Origin: Vicinamibacterales bacterium
Lineage (GTDB): Bacteria > Acidobacteriota > Vicinamibacteria > Vicinamibacterales > UBA8438
DNA length: 64,000 nucleotides
Reading direction: 5' to 3'
Assembly (NCBI GenBank): GCA_965204175.1
Contig: OZ241978.1
Location: 4,282,728-4,346,727, forward strand
Below are positions 17,647 through 27,743 of the stretch, piece after piece (the first letter of the stretch is position 1; each line of letters begins with the position of its first letter). A model generated the notes under the pieces. It saw nothing but the letters and a program-made list of their open reading frames with translations. It was not told where the DNA came from and made no database searches. Position numbers and translations under genes: made by a program.

Positions 17647-19194
17647 ATGAGGCGCAAGCTGCCGCTCGGCATCCAGACCTTCCGCAAGATCCGGGAGCAG
17701 GACTGCTACTACGTCGACAAGACGGCCTACGCCCGGCGGCTGGTCGAAGAGGGGGACCACTACTTTCTCTCGCGCCCGCGGCGGTTCGGGAAGAGCCTGT
17801 TCCTGGACACGCTGAAGGAGCTGTTCGAAGGCAACGAGCCGCTGTTCCGGGGGCTGGCGGTCCATGCCGGGTGGGACTGGTCGGTGCGCCGCCCGGTGGT
17901 GCGGCTCGACTTCGGCAGCGGGAGTTACCGCCAGCCGGACGACCTGCACCGCGAGGTGCTCGCGCAACTCGACGCCGCCGCGGAGGACGCGGGGGTCGCC
18001 GGCCGCTACGACGTCGCGTCGCTGCGATTCCAGGACCTGCTGAAGACGCTGCACCGGCGGACCGGACAACGGGTCGCGGTGCTGGTGGACGAGTACGACA
18101 AGCCGATCCTCGATGCGCTGAAGACGCCGGAAGTCGCCGAGGCCAACCGCGACTACCTGCGCGGGCTGTACTCGGTCACCAAGACCGGCGACGCCCACAT
18201 CGCCTTCAGCTTCCTGACCGGCGTCAGCAAGTTCGCCAAGGTCAGCCTGTTCTCCGGACTCAACAATCCCACCGACCTCACGCTGGATCCGGCATGCGGA
18301 GCGATCTGCGGCTACACGGAGGAGGACCTGGACACGGTGTTCGCGGCCGAGCTGCCCGGCCTGGACCGGAACCGGATCCGCGAGTGGTACAACGGCTACA
18401 ACTGGCTCGGCGCGGAACGGCTCTACAACCCCTTCGACGTCCTCCAACTGTTCCGCAGCCGCCGCTTCCGGCCCTACTGGTTCGAGACCGGCACGCCGGC
18501 GTTCCTCGTCGACACGCTGATACGGCAGCGGGTCAGCATTCCGTCGCTGGACGGCCTGCGGGGCGACGACGATCTGCTGTCGAAGTTCGACGTGCGGGAC
18601 GCGGCGCCGGAGGCGTTGCTGTTCCAGACCGGTTACCTGACGATCCGGGAAGAGGAGACGGGCCTTCTCGGCGCGCCCCTGTACCGGCTCGGCTACCCGA
18701 ACCACGAGGTGCGCTGGAGCCTGAACAAGAACCTGCTGGCGGCGCTGACGCCGCCGGACTGCGCCCGCCGGAACCCGGACCCGCGTCTGGCCGAACGATT
18801 GCGCGCCCACGACTTCAAGGGCCTCGAGGCGTTGCTGCGGGGGCTGTTCGCCGCCATTCCGTACGAGTGGCACACCCGGAACGACATCGCCCGCTACGAG
18901 GGCTACTACGCGAGCGTGTTCTACGCCTGGCTGGCGGCGGTCGGACTGGACGTGACGGTGGAGGACAGCGGCGCCGCCGGGCGCGCGGACCTGGCGGTAC
19001 GGCTCGACGGGAACGTGTACCTGTTCGAGTTCAAGGTCGTCGAGCAGGCGCCGGAGGGGTCGGCGCTGGCGCAGTTGAAGACGAAGGGCTACGCCGACAA
19101 GCACCGCCACCAGGCGCAGGAGATCCACCTGATCGGGGTGGAGTTCAGCCGGCGGGAGCGCAACGTCGTGGCGTTCGAGACCGAGCGCGCCTGA
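17647..19194 (+). CDS. AAA-ATPase-like / PD-(D/E)xK (DUF1703-type) protein
   Basis: The N-terminus 'LPLGIQTFRKIREQDCYYVDKT...SRPRRFGKSL' and the C-terminal nuclease-like 'GRADLAVRLDGNVYLFEFKV' fit this family. The assignment is from memory. Confidence 0.7.
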   Translation: MRRKLPLGIQTFRKIREQDCYYVDKTAYARRLVEEGDHYFLSRPRRFGKSLFLDTLKELFEGNEPLFRGLAVHAGWDWSVRRPVVRLDFGSGSYRQPDDLHREVLAQLDAAAEDAGVAGRYDVASLRFQDLLKTLHRRTGQRVAVLVDEYDKPILDALKTPEVAEANRDYLRGLYSVTKTGDAHIAFSFLTGVSKFAKVSLFSGLNNPTDLTLDPACGAICGYTEEDLDTVFAAELPGLDRNRIREWYNGYNWLGAERLYNPFDVLQLFRSRRFRPYWFETGTPAFLVDTLIRQRVSIPSLDGLRGDDDLLSKFDVRDAAPEALLFQTGYLTIREEETGLLGAPLYRLGYPNHEVRWSLNKNLLAALTPPDCARRNPDPRLAERLRAHDFKGLEALLRGLFAAIPYEWHTRNDIARYEGYYASVFYAWLAAVGLDVTVEDSGAAGRADLAVRLDGNVYLFEFKVVEQAPEGSALAQLKTKGYADKHRHQAQEIHLIGVEFSRRERNVVAFETERA

Positions 19195-19246
19195 TGTCGA
19201 GCGGGAGCGCAGCGGGATTCCGGCTCGGCGCCAGGAGGCGTGGAGA

Positions 19247-19948
19247 ATGCTGCGCGCGCTGATCTTCGACTTCGACGGCCTGATCGTCGACACCGAGTCC
19301 TCCTCCCTGTCGGCGGTGCAGGAGGCGTACCGCCGCCACGGCCACGAGCTTCCGTCCGCACAGTGGCGGCAGTGCGTGGGCACCACCGTCGATCCCTATG
19401 ACCACCTGCAACGGCTCGTAGGCCCGGACGTCGACCTCACCACGTTGCGCGCGGAAATGGACGCTCGCCACCGGGCCGAGGTCGCGCAGCGCGGTGCACG
19501 TCCCGGCGTCGTGGAGCTGGTCGCCTCGGCGGTCACGGCGAAGTTGCGGCTGGCGGTGGCTTCTTCTTCATCGAGACGCTGGGTCGAGGGCCATCTGGAA
19601 CGCATCGGTGCACTGCGGTCGTTCCACGCCATCCGCTGCCGCGACGACGTGCGGCGGACCAAGCCGGCGCCGGACGTCTATCTGGCCGCGCTGGACGGCC
19701 TGGGAGTGCACGCGTCGGAGGCGGTAGCTTTCGAGGACTCCCCGAACGGCGTGCAGGCGGCCAAGGCGGCCGGCATCCATGCGGTCGCCGTTCCGAACCG
19801 CGTCACCCGCGGCTGGCCGTTCGACCACGCCGACCGGGTGATCGGCTCGCTGCGCGGGGTCACGGTCCAGGCCGTGGGCGGCTGGCTTGCCGCCGCATCC
19901 GGCTCCGGGCAGCCGGCGATGGCAAACAGGAGTCTTGACATTTCATGA
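19247..19948 (+). CDS. HAD-IA family hydrolase (beta-phosphoglucomutase-like)
   Basis: HAD motif I 'IFDFDGLIVDTE' and a later motif 'FEDSPNGVQAAKAAG' are present. Confidence 0.8.
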   Translation: MLRALIFDFDGLIVDTESSSLSAVQEAYRRHGHELPSAQWRQCVGTTVDPYDHLQRLVGPDVDLTTLRAEMDARHRAEVAQRGARPGVVELVASAVTAKLRLAVASSSSRRWVEGHLERIGALRSFHAIRCRDDVRRTKPAPDVYLAALDGLGVHASEAVAFEDSPNGVQAAKAAGIHAVAVPNRVTRGWPFDHADRVIGSLRGVTVQAVGGWLAAASGSGQPAMANRSLDIS

Positions 19949-19990
19949 AACGAGAAGTCCAATCGTCCGATGCGTGCAGGAGATGACGCG

Positions 19991-20110
19991 ATGCCGACGC
20001 GCCGGAAATTCGCGACCCAGGTGGACAGCGCCCTCCTCGACGAATTGCGGACCCTGGCGAGGGACGAGGGCCGCCAGATTCAGGCGCATGGCTTCGTGAC
20101 AACACGGTCC
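19991..20110 (+). pseudogene. Truncated or frameshifted RHH gene, a paralog of 2351..2575
   Basis: 'MPTRRKFATQVDSALLDELRTLARDEGRQIQA' parallels 'MAARKKFSSQVAPELLAAMREIARSDGRHFQS'. After that point the frame loses all similarity. Confidence 0.35.
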
Positions 20111-20190
20111 CGCGCAAGTGAGCCGCTCCCGACGAGCCCTTCCGCGAGCCGCTCATGGCATTGTGCGACTGATTGTGCAATGGTCTGCAC

Positions 20191-20337
20191 ATGGCAACGA
20201 ATCTGGTGGCGATCCGCCCGGAGCTGCTGGAGCGCGCCCTGGAGCTCAGCGGGAAGAGAACCAAGACTGCGGCCGTGACCCTGGCGCTGCAGGAGTTCGT
20301 TGCGCGGCGGGAACAACGCCGCCTGCTCGATCTGTTC
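20191..20337 (+). other. VapB-like (DUF2191-type) antitoxin N-terminal segment, in frame with and running into the serine-hydrolase ORF
   Basis: 'MATNLVAIRPELLERALELSGKRTKTAAVTLALQEFVARREQRRLLDLF' fits a DUF2191 antitoxin. There is no stop before the hydrolase signal peptide, and no VapC gene follows. Confidence 0.45.
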
Positions 20338-22224
20338 GTGGGAGGATTGCGTGCCATCCTGTCGGTGTTCGCGTGCGCGCTGCCGCTCGCGGCCGCGGCC
20401 CAGGAGCCGGAGCGGATCGCGCAGGATCCCGCGGGTGCGGGCATCGACATCCAGGCGCTCGAGGCCGAGATTCAGGACATCCTCGACGAGAACGGGATCC
20501 CCGGCGCCTCGGTCGCCCTGGTGGACAGGGACCGCACGATCTGGGCCGGCGGCGTCGGCAAGGCGGACATCGCCGCCGGGGTCGACGCAACGGAAGACCA
20601 CCTGTTCCGGATAGGGTCCATCTCGAAGAGCTTCACGGCCCTCGCGGTGCTTCACGCCGTGGAGGGCGGTCTTCTCGATCTCGACACGCCGGTCCGCGAG
20701 CTGGCGCCCGAGGTCGCCTTCACGAACCCCTGGGAGAGAACCCATCCCGTCACCGTGGCCATGGTCATGGAGCACACGGCGGGCTTCGACGACATCCATT
20801 TCCGCGAGTACGCAAAGGTGGACGATCCCGACATGACCCTGGCCGAGGGTCTGGCCTACAACCCCGGCTCGCGGGTCAGCCGCTGGCGGCCCGGCACGCA
20901 CATGTCGTACTCCAACTCCGGCCCGGCGATTGCCGCATATCTGGTCGAGAAGTTGACCGGAAGGGCCTTCGAGGACTACGTCCGCGAGCACGTGTTCGAC
21001 CCGCTCGGCATGGAAACTTCCACCTTTCACTTTCCGCGGGACGCGGCCCTGCCGGCGAAGGGCTACGAGCCGGACGGGGCAGGCGAGGCGGGCTACGACC
21101 ACATCATCGTCAGACCTTCGGGAGGAATGAACAGCTCGTCGCGGGAGATGGCCCGCTATCTGCGCATGATGATCAACCGGGGCACGCTCGACGGCGTCCG
21201 GCTGCTCGCGCCGGAGACCATCACCCGGATGGAGACGCCGGCGACGTCGCTTGCCGCGCGCGCCGGCTTCACCTACGGGTACGGACTCGGCAACTTCACC
21301 TCGCTCGTGAACGGTCATCTCTTTCACGGCCACAACGGGGGCATCATGGGATTCATGTCGACGAGCGCGTATTCCTCCGATCTCGGCGTCGGCTTCTTCG
21401 TATCCGTCAACGGGCCGAGCGGCGCGATCCGGAGCCTCGCGACACTCCTGGGCGAGCGCCTGACCGCCGGGATAGAGAAGCCGCAGGGCGCCGTCGCTGC
21501 GCTGCCCGACGATGCGCTGCGGGCGATGACCGGCTGGTATCGGAACGTGACGCCCAGACAGCAGCTCGGCTACGTGATCAGCCGCTTCTTCGACATCCGG
21601 CACGTCACCCTCGAGGCGGGAAGGCTCTTCACCGGACCGCTCGGCGGCGAGAAGAGGGAGCTCGTTCCGGTCACCGCGACGAGCTTCCGGTACGAGGATC
21701 AGCCGGTCGCTACCGTGTTCAACGTCGCCGACGACGACGGCAATCCGATCCTCCAGGGAGGACCGGCCGGCAACTACGAGAAGGTCAGCGGCGCCTGGCT
21801 GATCTTCCAGTTCGCGGTCGCCGCGACGACCCTGGCGCTGTTGCTCTCGGCCCTGTTCCTCGCGCCGGTGTGGGCGCTCGTCAAGGTCCTCGGCGGCATG
21901 CGGACGGCCCCCCTCCCGACGCTGCTCTTCCCGTTTCTGGCCGCACTCTCCCTCGTCGTCTCGTTCGTCCTGCCGTTCGCGCTGATCTCCGACGTGGTAC
22001 AGGATCTCGGCACCCTCTCGGGAGCGTCGCTCACCATCTTCGTCGGTTCGCTCGTGTTCACGGCTCTCACGGCGCTGAGCCTCCACGCTGCGTTCCGTTC
22101 TTATCCCGTTCGGACAAGCCGCCTGGTCCGGCTGGACAGCCAGCTCGTGAGCCTGGCGTGTACCGTCGCCCTGCTCTATCTCTGGAGCCACGGATGGATC
22201 GGACTCAGGACGTGGGCGTACTGA
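20338..22224 (+). CDS. Serine hydrolase (beta-lactamase/PBP-like) with a C-terminal multi-TM region
   Basis: The GTG at 20338 precedes a signal peptide, 'LRAILSVFACALPLAAAAQ'. The SxxK motif 'SISKSF' is present. The C-terminal ~150 aa are strongly hydrophobic. Confidence 0.8.
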   Translation: MGGLRAILSVFACALPLAAAAQEPERIAQDPAGAGIDIQALEAEIQDILDENGIPGASVALVDRDRTIWAGGVGKADIAAGVDATEDHLFRIGSISKSFTALAVLHAVEGGLLDLDTPVRELAPEVAFTNPWERTHPVTVAMVMEHTAGFDDIHFREYAKVDDPDMTLAEGLAYNPGSRVSRWRPGTHMSYSNSGPAIAAYLVEKLTGRAFEDYVREHVFDPLGMETSTFHFPRDAALPAKGYEPDGAGEAGYDHIIVRPSGGMNSSSREMARYLRMMINRGTLDGVRLLAPETITRMETPATSLAARAGFTYGYGLGNFTSLVNGHLFHGHNGGIMGFMSTSAYSSDLGVGFFVSVNGPSGAIRSLATLLGERLTAGIEKPQGAVAALPDDALRAMTGWYRNVTPRQQLGYVISRFFDIRHVTLEAGRLFTGPLGGEKRELVPVTATSFRYEDQPVATVFNVADDDGNPILQGGPAGNYEKVSGAWLIFQFAVAATTLALLLSALFLAPVWALVKVLGGMRTAPLPTLLFPFLAALSLVVSFVLPFALISDVVQDLGTLSGASLTIFVGSLVFTALTALSLHAAFRSYPVRTSRLVRLDSQLVSLACTVALLYLWSHGWIGLRTWAY

Positions 22225-22254
22225 TGCGGGCGTCGCTGGAATGAGAGGTTCTTC

Positions 22255-23631
22255 ATGAAACGACTTCACCCGGTACTGGCAGCAGGACTGGCCCTGATTC
22301 TCACAGGCTGCGGAGCGCCTGATGAAAGCCCCACTCCCGACGGGGCCGGCGCACTCGCGCTGGTGGGGGCGCAACTGATCGACGCGACCGGTGCGGCGCC
22401 GGTCGCCGACTCGGTCGTCGTCGTTCGCAACGGCCGGATCGAGAGCGCCGGCCCGCGGGACGCGACACCCGTGCCGGACGGTGCGGAGACACTCGACGTC
22501 ACCGGCAAGACGATCATCCCCGGCCTGGTGAACCTGCACGTGCACTACCGGGAGGGGCCGGAGGAAATAGAACGCCAGTTCCGGTCGCAGCTCCACTACG
22601 GCGTGACCACCGCGCGGAGCACCGGCAGCGATTCGCCCGAGCGGGTCGCCTACCTGCTCGAATCCGCCGGCCGCCCCGACGCCCCCCGCACCTATACCGC
22701 GGGAACGGGATTCTCGTACCCCGGCGGGTTCAACGCCGCCGGCCGCAACGCCCCGACCACCGAGGAGGAGGCGCGCGAGCTGGTGCGCAACCAGACCGCG
22801 CTCGGCGTGCACTTCATCAAGATGTGGGTCAACGAGGTCGCCGAGCCGGGCCTGAAGATTCCGGCGGAGATCCGGGCGGCCATCATCGACGAGGCCAAAC
22901 GGAACGGCGCCATCCCCGTCGCCCACATCGACGACGAGGCCGACGGCCGCCAACTGATCGAGGTCGGCCTGCGGGACTTCCTGCACAGCACGGTGCTGAC
23001 CTTCGGCCCGGGGTCCGGCGTCCCGATGGACGATCCCGACCCCTCGGCCGAGTTCATCCGGATGTGCCTGGACAACGACGTGTACTTCACGCCCACGCTG
23101 TCCATCGTCCAGAACCGCTGGCACTTCGCCGAGCATCCCGAGCTGCTGGACGACCCGGAGCTGCGCGCCGCATTCGACCTGTACAACCCGGACGCGCTGG
23201 CCGGTTGGGACGACCCCGCACGCCGGGCGGAAGTGCTCGACGCCCCGGGATTCGAGAACCGCAAGGCCGCGTTCGGGCAGTTGCTCGACTTCGTGAAGAC
23301 GATGCACGACGCCGGGGTCGCGGTCGCGCTCGGCAACGATGCCGGGACGCCCAACGTGCCGTTCGGCTGGGGCATGCACCACGAGATGGAGATGTACGTC
23401 GAGGCGGGGCTGACCCCGATGGACGCCATCGTCGCGGCGACCGCCACCGGCGCGGCGCAGATGCCGCCGGTGGGCGAGGCCGACTACGGCACCCTGGAGG
23501 CGGGCAAGGTCGCCGACCTGATCGTGCTGAACGCCGACCCGTTGGCCGACATCGCCAATACGCTGGAGATCGACCGGGTCATGCGCCTCGGCGAGTGGGT
23601 GGACCGCTCGGGATTCATGCCGGGGCCGTAG
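22255..23631 (+). CDS. Amidohydrolase-family lipoprotein
   Basis: A lipobox 'LILTGCG' is followed by the metal-binding motif 'LVNLHVHY' and a C-terminal 'GTLEAGKVADLIVLNADPL'. Confidence 0.8.
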   Translation: MKRLHPVLAAGLALILTGCGAPDESPTPDGAGALALVGAQLIDATGAAPVADSVVVVRNGRIESAGPRDATPVPDGAETLDVTGKTIIPGLVNLHVHYREGPEEIERQFRSQLHYGVTTARSTGSDSPERVAYLLESAGRPDAPRTYTAGTGFSYPGGFNAAGRNAPTTEEEARELVRNQTALGVHFIKMWVNEVAEPGLKIPAEIRAAIIDEAKRNGAIPVAHIDDEADGRQLIEVGLRDFLHSTVLTFGPGSGVPMDDPDPSAEFIRMCLDNDVYFTPTLSIVQNRWHFAEHPELLDDPELRAAFDLYNPDALAGWDDPARRAEVLDAPGFENRKAAFGQLLDFVKTMHDAGVAVALGNDAGTPNVPFGWGMHHEMEMYVEAGLTPMDAIVAATATGAAQMPPVGEADYGTLEAGKVADLIVLNADPLADIANTLEIDRVMRLGEWVDRSGFMPGP

Positions 23632-23842
23632 AACCGGCCCGGGCGCAAGACAGACGCGTCACTCGAGACCGGGACGTCGGAATCCGCGAAGCGCCGCCGG
23701 ACGCCAAGCGCAACGGTCGGCGACGCGCGGACGTCCGACGCTCTCCTTCCGACATGGACGCCCCGCATTCGGTTGCCGACCATTCAATGGGCTATCGTGG
23801 AATAGTTGCGACCAAAATACGACATTGCCGATAATGGTCGGC

Positions 23843-25051
23843 ATGCCGGCCCAGGATCGCGTATACGACGCGTTGCTGCTCGACCACTTCGCGAACAACC
23901 GGCAGATGGCCTTCGTCAGCGGGCCGCGGCAGGTCGGCAAGACCACCACGTGCCGGCGTCACGCGGACGCGTACTGCAACTGGGACAACCTGGACGACCG
24001 GGAACTGATTCTCGCCGGGCCGGCCCGCCTCGCGGCCGGCCTCGGCGCGAACCGCTTGTCCGCAACGAGCCCGCTGTTCCTCTTCGACGAGCTGCACAAG
24101 TTCCCGCGCTGGAAGCCGTTCCTGAAGGGGTTGTACGACACCTACGCGGACCGGCTGCGCATCATCGTCACCGGGAGCAGCCGCCTGGACGTCTACCGCC
24201 GCGGCGGCGACAGCCTGATGGGGCGGTACTTCGCGTATCGCATGCATCCCTTCTCGGTCGCCGAGACCGTGAGCCGCGAGCTTCCGGACCCGGACCGGAT
24301 CGTTCGTCCTCCCCGCGCGGTGGATCCGGTCGAGCTCGACGCGCTCTGGACGCACGGCGGCTACCCGGAGCCGTTCCTCAAGCGCGACGCCCGCTTCAGC
24401 CGGCGCTGGCGGTCGCTGCGCCTGCGGCAACTGGTCCGGGAGGACGTCCGCGACCTGACGCGGGTGCAGCAGATCGACCAAATGGAGATGCTGGTCCGAT
24501 TGTTGTCACACGGGTCGGGCCGCCAACTGGTGTACGACACGCTCGCGCGGGAAACGCGGGTCGCCGCCGACACCGTCCGCCGCTGGATCGCCGCCCTGTG
24601 CGACTTCCATCTCGGTTTCCTGATCCGGCCCTGGTACCGCAACGTCTCCCGCGCGCTGCGCAAGGAGCCGAAGTGGTACCTGCGGGACTGGGCCGGGATC
24701 GAGGATGCCGGCGCCCGATCGGAGACGTTCGTCGCGTGTCATCTCCTGAAGGCGGTGGACGGCTGGAACGACATGGGGCTCGGGCGGTTCGAGCTGGGCT
24801 ACCTGCGCGACAAGGACAAGCGGGAGGTGGACTTCGTGGTCGCGCGCGACGGGGAGCCGTGGTTTCTCGCCGAGGTGAAGCACCGCGAGACCAGGCCGAG
24901 CCCGGCGCTTGCGCACTACCAACGGCAGGTCGGCGCGCCGTTCGCGTTCCACGTCGTGGTGGACGCCGACCACGTGGACGCGGACTGCTTCGGGGCGCCG
25001 GGTCCGCCGCTCGTGGTCCCGGCCCGGACGCTGCTGTCCCAGCTCGTGTGA
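23843..25051 (+). CDS. AAA+ ATPase (AAA_14/DUF4143-type)
   Basis: The Walker A motif 'GPRQVGKTT' and Walker B-like 'LFLFDELHKF' are present. Alternative starts lie at 23825 and 23834. Confidence 0.75.
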   Translation: MPAQDRVYDALLLDHFANNRQMAFVSGPRQVGKTTTCRRHADAYCNWDNLDDRELILAGPARLAAGLGANRLSATSPLFLFDELHKFPRWKPFLKGLYDTYADRLRIIVTGSSRLDVYRRGGDSLMGRYFAYRMHPFSVAETVSRELPDPDRIVRPPRAVDPVELDALWTHGGYPEPFLKRDARFSRRWRSLRLRQLVREDVRDLTRVQQIDQMEMLVRLLSHGSGRQLVYDTLARETRVAADTVRRWIAALCDFHLGFLIRPWYRNVSRALRKEPKWYLRDWAGIEDAGARSETFVACHLLKAVDGWNDMGLGRFELGYLRDKDKREVDFVVARDGEPWFLAEVKHRETRPSPALAHYQRQVGAPFAFHVVVDADHVDADCFGAPGPPLVVPARTLLSQLV

Positions 25052-25109
25052 GGTCCTTCGTAGATGCTCGCCGGCACAGCCGGCCAGCCGGCAGTATCTC
25101 TCCGGCTTC

Positions 25110-25143
25110 ATCGCTGCCCACGCGACATCACTGCCCACGCGAC
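25110..25143. repeat. 17-bp tandem repeat x2 (one mismatch) in an intergenic region
   Basis: 'atcgctgcccacgcgac' is followed directly by 'atcactgcccacgcgac'. Confidence 0.8.
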
Positions 25144-25224
25144 GAACGGTCCCGCCCTGAGGTGGCCGACCTCTCGACGGGGCAGGACGCCAGCCGCTTC
25201 ACGCCCCCGCCCACAACTGTCGGT

Positions 25225-25885
25225 CTACGAACGAGGCCCGTAGTGCGGCGCGGCGACGCCGATCTCCAGTGCGCCGAGGTCGGGCGCGCTCCCTGTGAAG
25301 CCGTCCGTCACCGTCGGCAGCACCATTCCCCGGTCGGCGGCGGCCGAGCCGGGCCGCAGGCGGAAATCGAGGTCGTCGGCATCGTAGACGGCCTGCAGCG
25401 TGCTCGCGTCAAGGGCGTCGAGCGCGGGAACGTTCACGAACACGTCGTATCCCACCTCGACGCTGTTCCGGTCCTGCCCGGTCGCCGCGCTGTACTCCTC
25501 CAGCGTCGCGAACTCGCGCAACTCCAGCGCCGGGGCGTGATCCGGCGCCCGGAAGTCGGCGGCCACGGCGGGTACTTCGGACCGTCGGGCATCCCCGGCC
25601 CCGATGCGACGCTGCCGTCGGGATTGCCGTAGGTCTCGACGTTGATCCCGTCGTGGAAGTCGGCGATGTAGTTGTGGGCCACGACGTGTCCGGGGCCGTA
25701 GAGCTTCACCGCCACGTAGGACGCCATGACGGGGGGATGGACCTGCCCGTCGACGCCGTCGAACCGCCCCCCAGAGCGGCGCGTCGCTCCAGCCGATCGC
25801 CGCCGAGGTATGGCGCATCGATTGGGAACAGGCCCGACAGGACGACGATTGCCACTCGCGCGACGGTCTCACGCACGGGAAACCT
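25225..25885 (-). pseudogene. Degraded right-handed beta-helix (pectate-lyase-fold) protein gene
   Basis: Three frames each carry a piece: a signal-like N-terminus, then 'YVAVKLYGPGHVVAHNYIADFHDGINVETYGNPDG', then a typical C-terminus 'DLDFRLRPGSAAADRG...GSAPDLGALEIG...PHYGPR'. The total is only ~215 aa. The frame breaks lie at a C6/G6 run (25777-25782) and near 25570. Confidence 0.5.
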
Positions 25886-26025
25886 CTCTTTCCGCGGCTC
25901 GGCAGGCACGGCGGGACCCCGGGTTTCGGGCTATCATCCGACCGTCCGCCGAGGGAGTACGGCGGCAGGCCGCCGAAACCGGGTACACGGACGCACCGAA
26001 CGCGGGTTCGCCAGGAGGGAAAGCC

Positions 26026-27174
26026 ATGTCATCGCCACGATACCTGATGTCCACGTTGTTCGCCTGCGCCGCTCTCGTCCTGGGGGCGAGCGCCACCGAG
26101 GCCCAGTCCGATTCAGCCGCGGCGTACGGCAACACGATCACGGGTGAGGGGCTGCCGAACCCGACCGCGACCGTCATCGCGAACTGGGGCGACCTGCCGG
26201 AAGGCCGGGAGTGGGGCTCGACCGCGGGCGTCGACATCGACCCGCACGACGGCCAGGTCTGGGCCTACGAGCGCTGCGGCGCCGGCTCGTTCGGCGCCGG
26301 CGTGCCCGTCAACTGCGACTCGAACCCCGTCGACCCGATCTTCAAGTTCGACCGCCACACCGGGGAGGTGCTGGCGAACTTCGGCGGCGGCGTCATGGTC
26401 ACGCCGCACGGCATCCACGTGGACGCCGACGGCAACGTGTGGGTGACCGACTTCGCGGGGAACCGGGAGGGAACCAAGGGGCATCAGGTCCACAAGTTCA
26501 GCCCCGACGGCGAGCTGTTGATGAGCCTCGGCACGGCGGGCCAGCCGGGGACCGGCCCGAACCAGTTCAACCAGCCCAACGACGTGATCACCGCGCCGGA
26601 CGGCAGCATCTTCGTCGCGGACGGCCACGGCGGCCAGGGCATGACCACCGCGCGGGCGATAGAGGAGGGACGCGCGGCGGGCGCCACCGGCCGCATCCTG
26701 AAGTTCGCCGCCGACGGCACGTTCATCAAGGAGTGGGGACGCATCGGCACGCTGCACGGCGAGTTCCGCACGCCGCACGCCCTGGCGTTCGATTCGCAGG
26801 GGCGCCTCTTCGTCGCCGACCGCGGCAACCACCGCATCGAGATCTTCGACCAGGACGGCAACTATCTCGACTCCCTCTACTCCCACGGGCGCATCAGCGG
26901 CATCTTCATCACCGCGGACGACGTGCTGTACTCGATCGACTCCGAGTCGAGCCCGACCAGCCATCCCAACTGGGTGAACGGCGTGCGCATCGGGCCGGCG
27001 AACGAGGACCGCATCACGGGCTACATCCCGCCGTTCGAGGCGGACACCCGGCCGTACCAGGGCGCGGCCGGCGAAGGCGTCGCGGTCGATGCGGACGGCA
27101 ACGTGTTCGCCGCCGAGGGACCCAACTCGCTCCGCTTCGCGGGGGGCGCGTTCACGAAGTACGCGGTCGATTGA
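26026..27174 (+). CDS. Secreted NHL-repeat beta-propeller, peptidyl-alpha-hydroxyglycine alpha-amidating lyase (PAL)-like
   Basis: AGGAGGG lies upstream of the ATG at 26026, and the product has a signal peptide. NHL-like repeats include 'NQPNDVITAPDGSIFVADGHG' and 'FRTPHALAFDSQGRLFVADRGNHRIEIFD'. Confidence 0.75.
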   Translation: MSSPRYLMSTLFACAALVLGASATEAQSDSAAAYGNTITGEGLPNPTATVIANWGDLPEGREWGSTAGVDIDPHDGQVWAYERCGAGSFGAGVPVNCDSNPVDPIFKFDRHTGEVLANFGGGVMVTPHGIHVDADGNVWVTDFAGNREGTKGHQVHKFSPDGELLMSLGTAGQPGTGPNQFNQPNDVITAPDGSIFVADGHGGQGMTTARAIEEGRAAGATGRILKFAADGTFIKEWGRIGTLHGEFRTPHALAFDSQGRLFVADRGNHRIEIFDQDGNYLDSLYSHGRISGIFITADDVLYSIDSESSPTSHPNWVNGVRIGPANEDRITGYIPPFEADTRPYQGAAGEGVAVDADGNVFAAEGPNSLRFAGGAFTKYAVD

Positions 27175-27300
27175 TAGCGGCAGGCATTCGCCCGGGCTCG
27201 TCGGACGCGTCGACCACTTCGACATGCTCGTCCACGAGCCCGGCCTCTTCCCAAAGGAGTGAGATGAGCGGCCGGCGGCCGGCGGTGGCGCAACGGACCC

Positions 27301-27599
27301 ATGCTGCCCCATTTCGTGCGGAGCATGGTGGGGATGGACCGCGCCGCCGCGCAGGCGGCCTTCTCGGAGTTCCTGTCCAACCGAAGCCTGACCACTCCGC
27401 AGATCCGTTTCATCGAGATGGTGATCGACCAGCTCACGGCGGGCGCGTCATGGAGCCGTCCGCGCTCTACGAGGCGCCGTTCAGCAGCGTGCACGCCGGC
27501 GGTCCCGAGGCGTTGTTTGCCGGCAAGAGCAACGTCATCGAGGGAATCTTCGAGAAGTTGAAGACCCTTCGCCCCGAGCGCCTGGCCGAGGCCGGTTGA
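27301..27599 (+). pseudogene. hsdR: 3'-terminal relic of a type I restriction enzyme R-subunit gene (HsdR C-terminal domain), frameshifted
   Basis: 'LPHFVRSMVGMDRAAAQAAFSEFLSNRSLTTPQIRFIEMVIDQLTA' is followed, after a frame change near 27440-27448, by 'VMEPSALYEAPFSSVHAGGPEALFAGKSNVIEGIFEKL'. No helicase or nuclease part lies upstream. Confidence 0.55.
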
Positions 27600-27743
27600 G
27601 GCGCCGGCCTTCGACGATCCGGCGCGGCAGGGTGCAGGTCAGCAGCGTGGCTGAGGATGCCGAACTCGCGGCTCGGCAGCACATCGCCTGGCCGGGCTGT
27701 GCAGCCCGTCCGTAGTACGATTACCGACACGGGAGGGAAGCGC

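Noticed and set aside
20080-23382. A 1100-aa minus-strand ORF.
   Set aside because: It is antisense to the serine hydrolase and amidohydrolase genes, both of which carry clear catalytic motifs. The product has biased composition.
23774-23843. A perfect 11-bp inverted repeat (tgccgaccatt / aatggtcggca) flanking the start of the AAA+ ATPase gene.
   Set aside because: About one such pair within 100 bp is expected by chance in 64 kb. No second line of evidence supports an operator.
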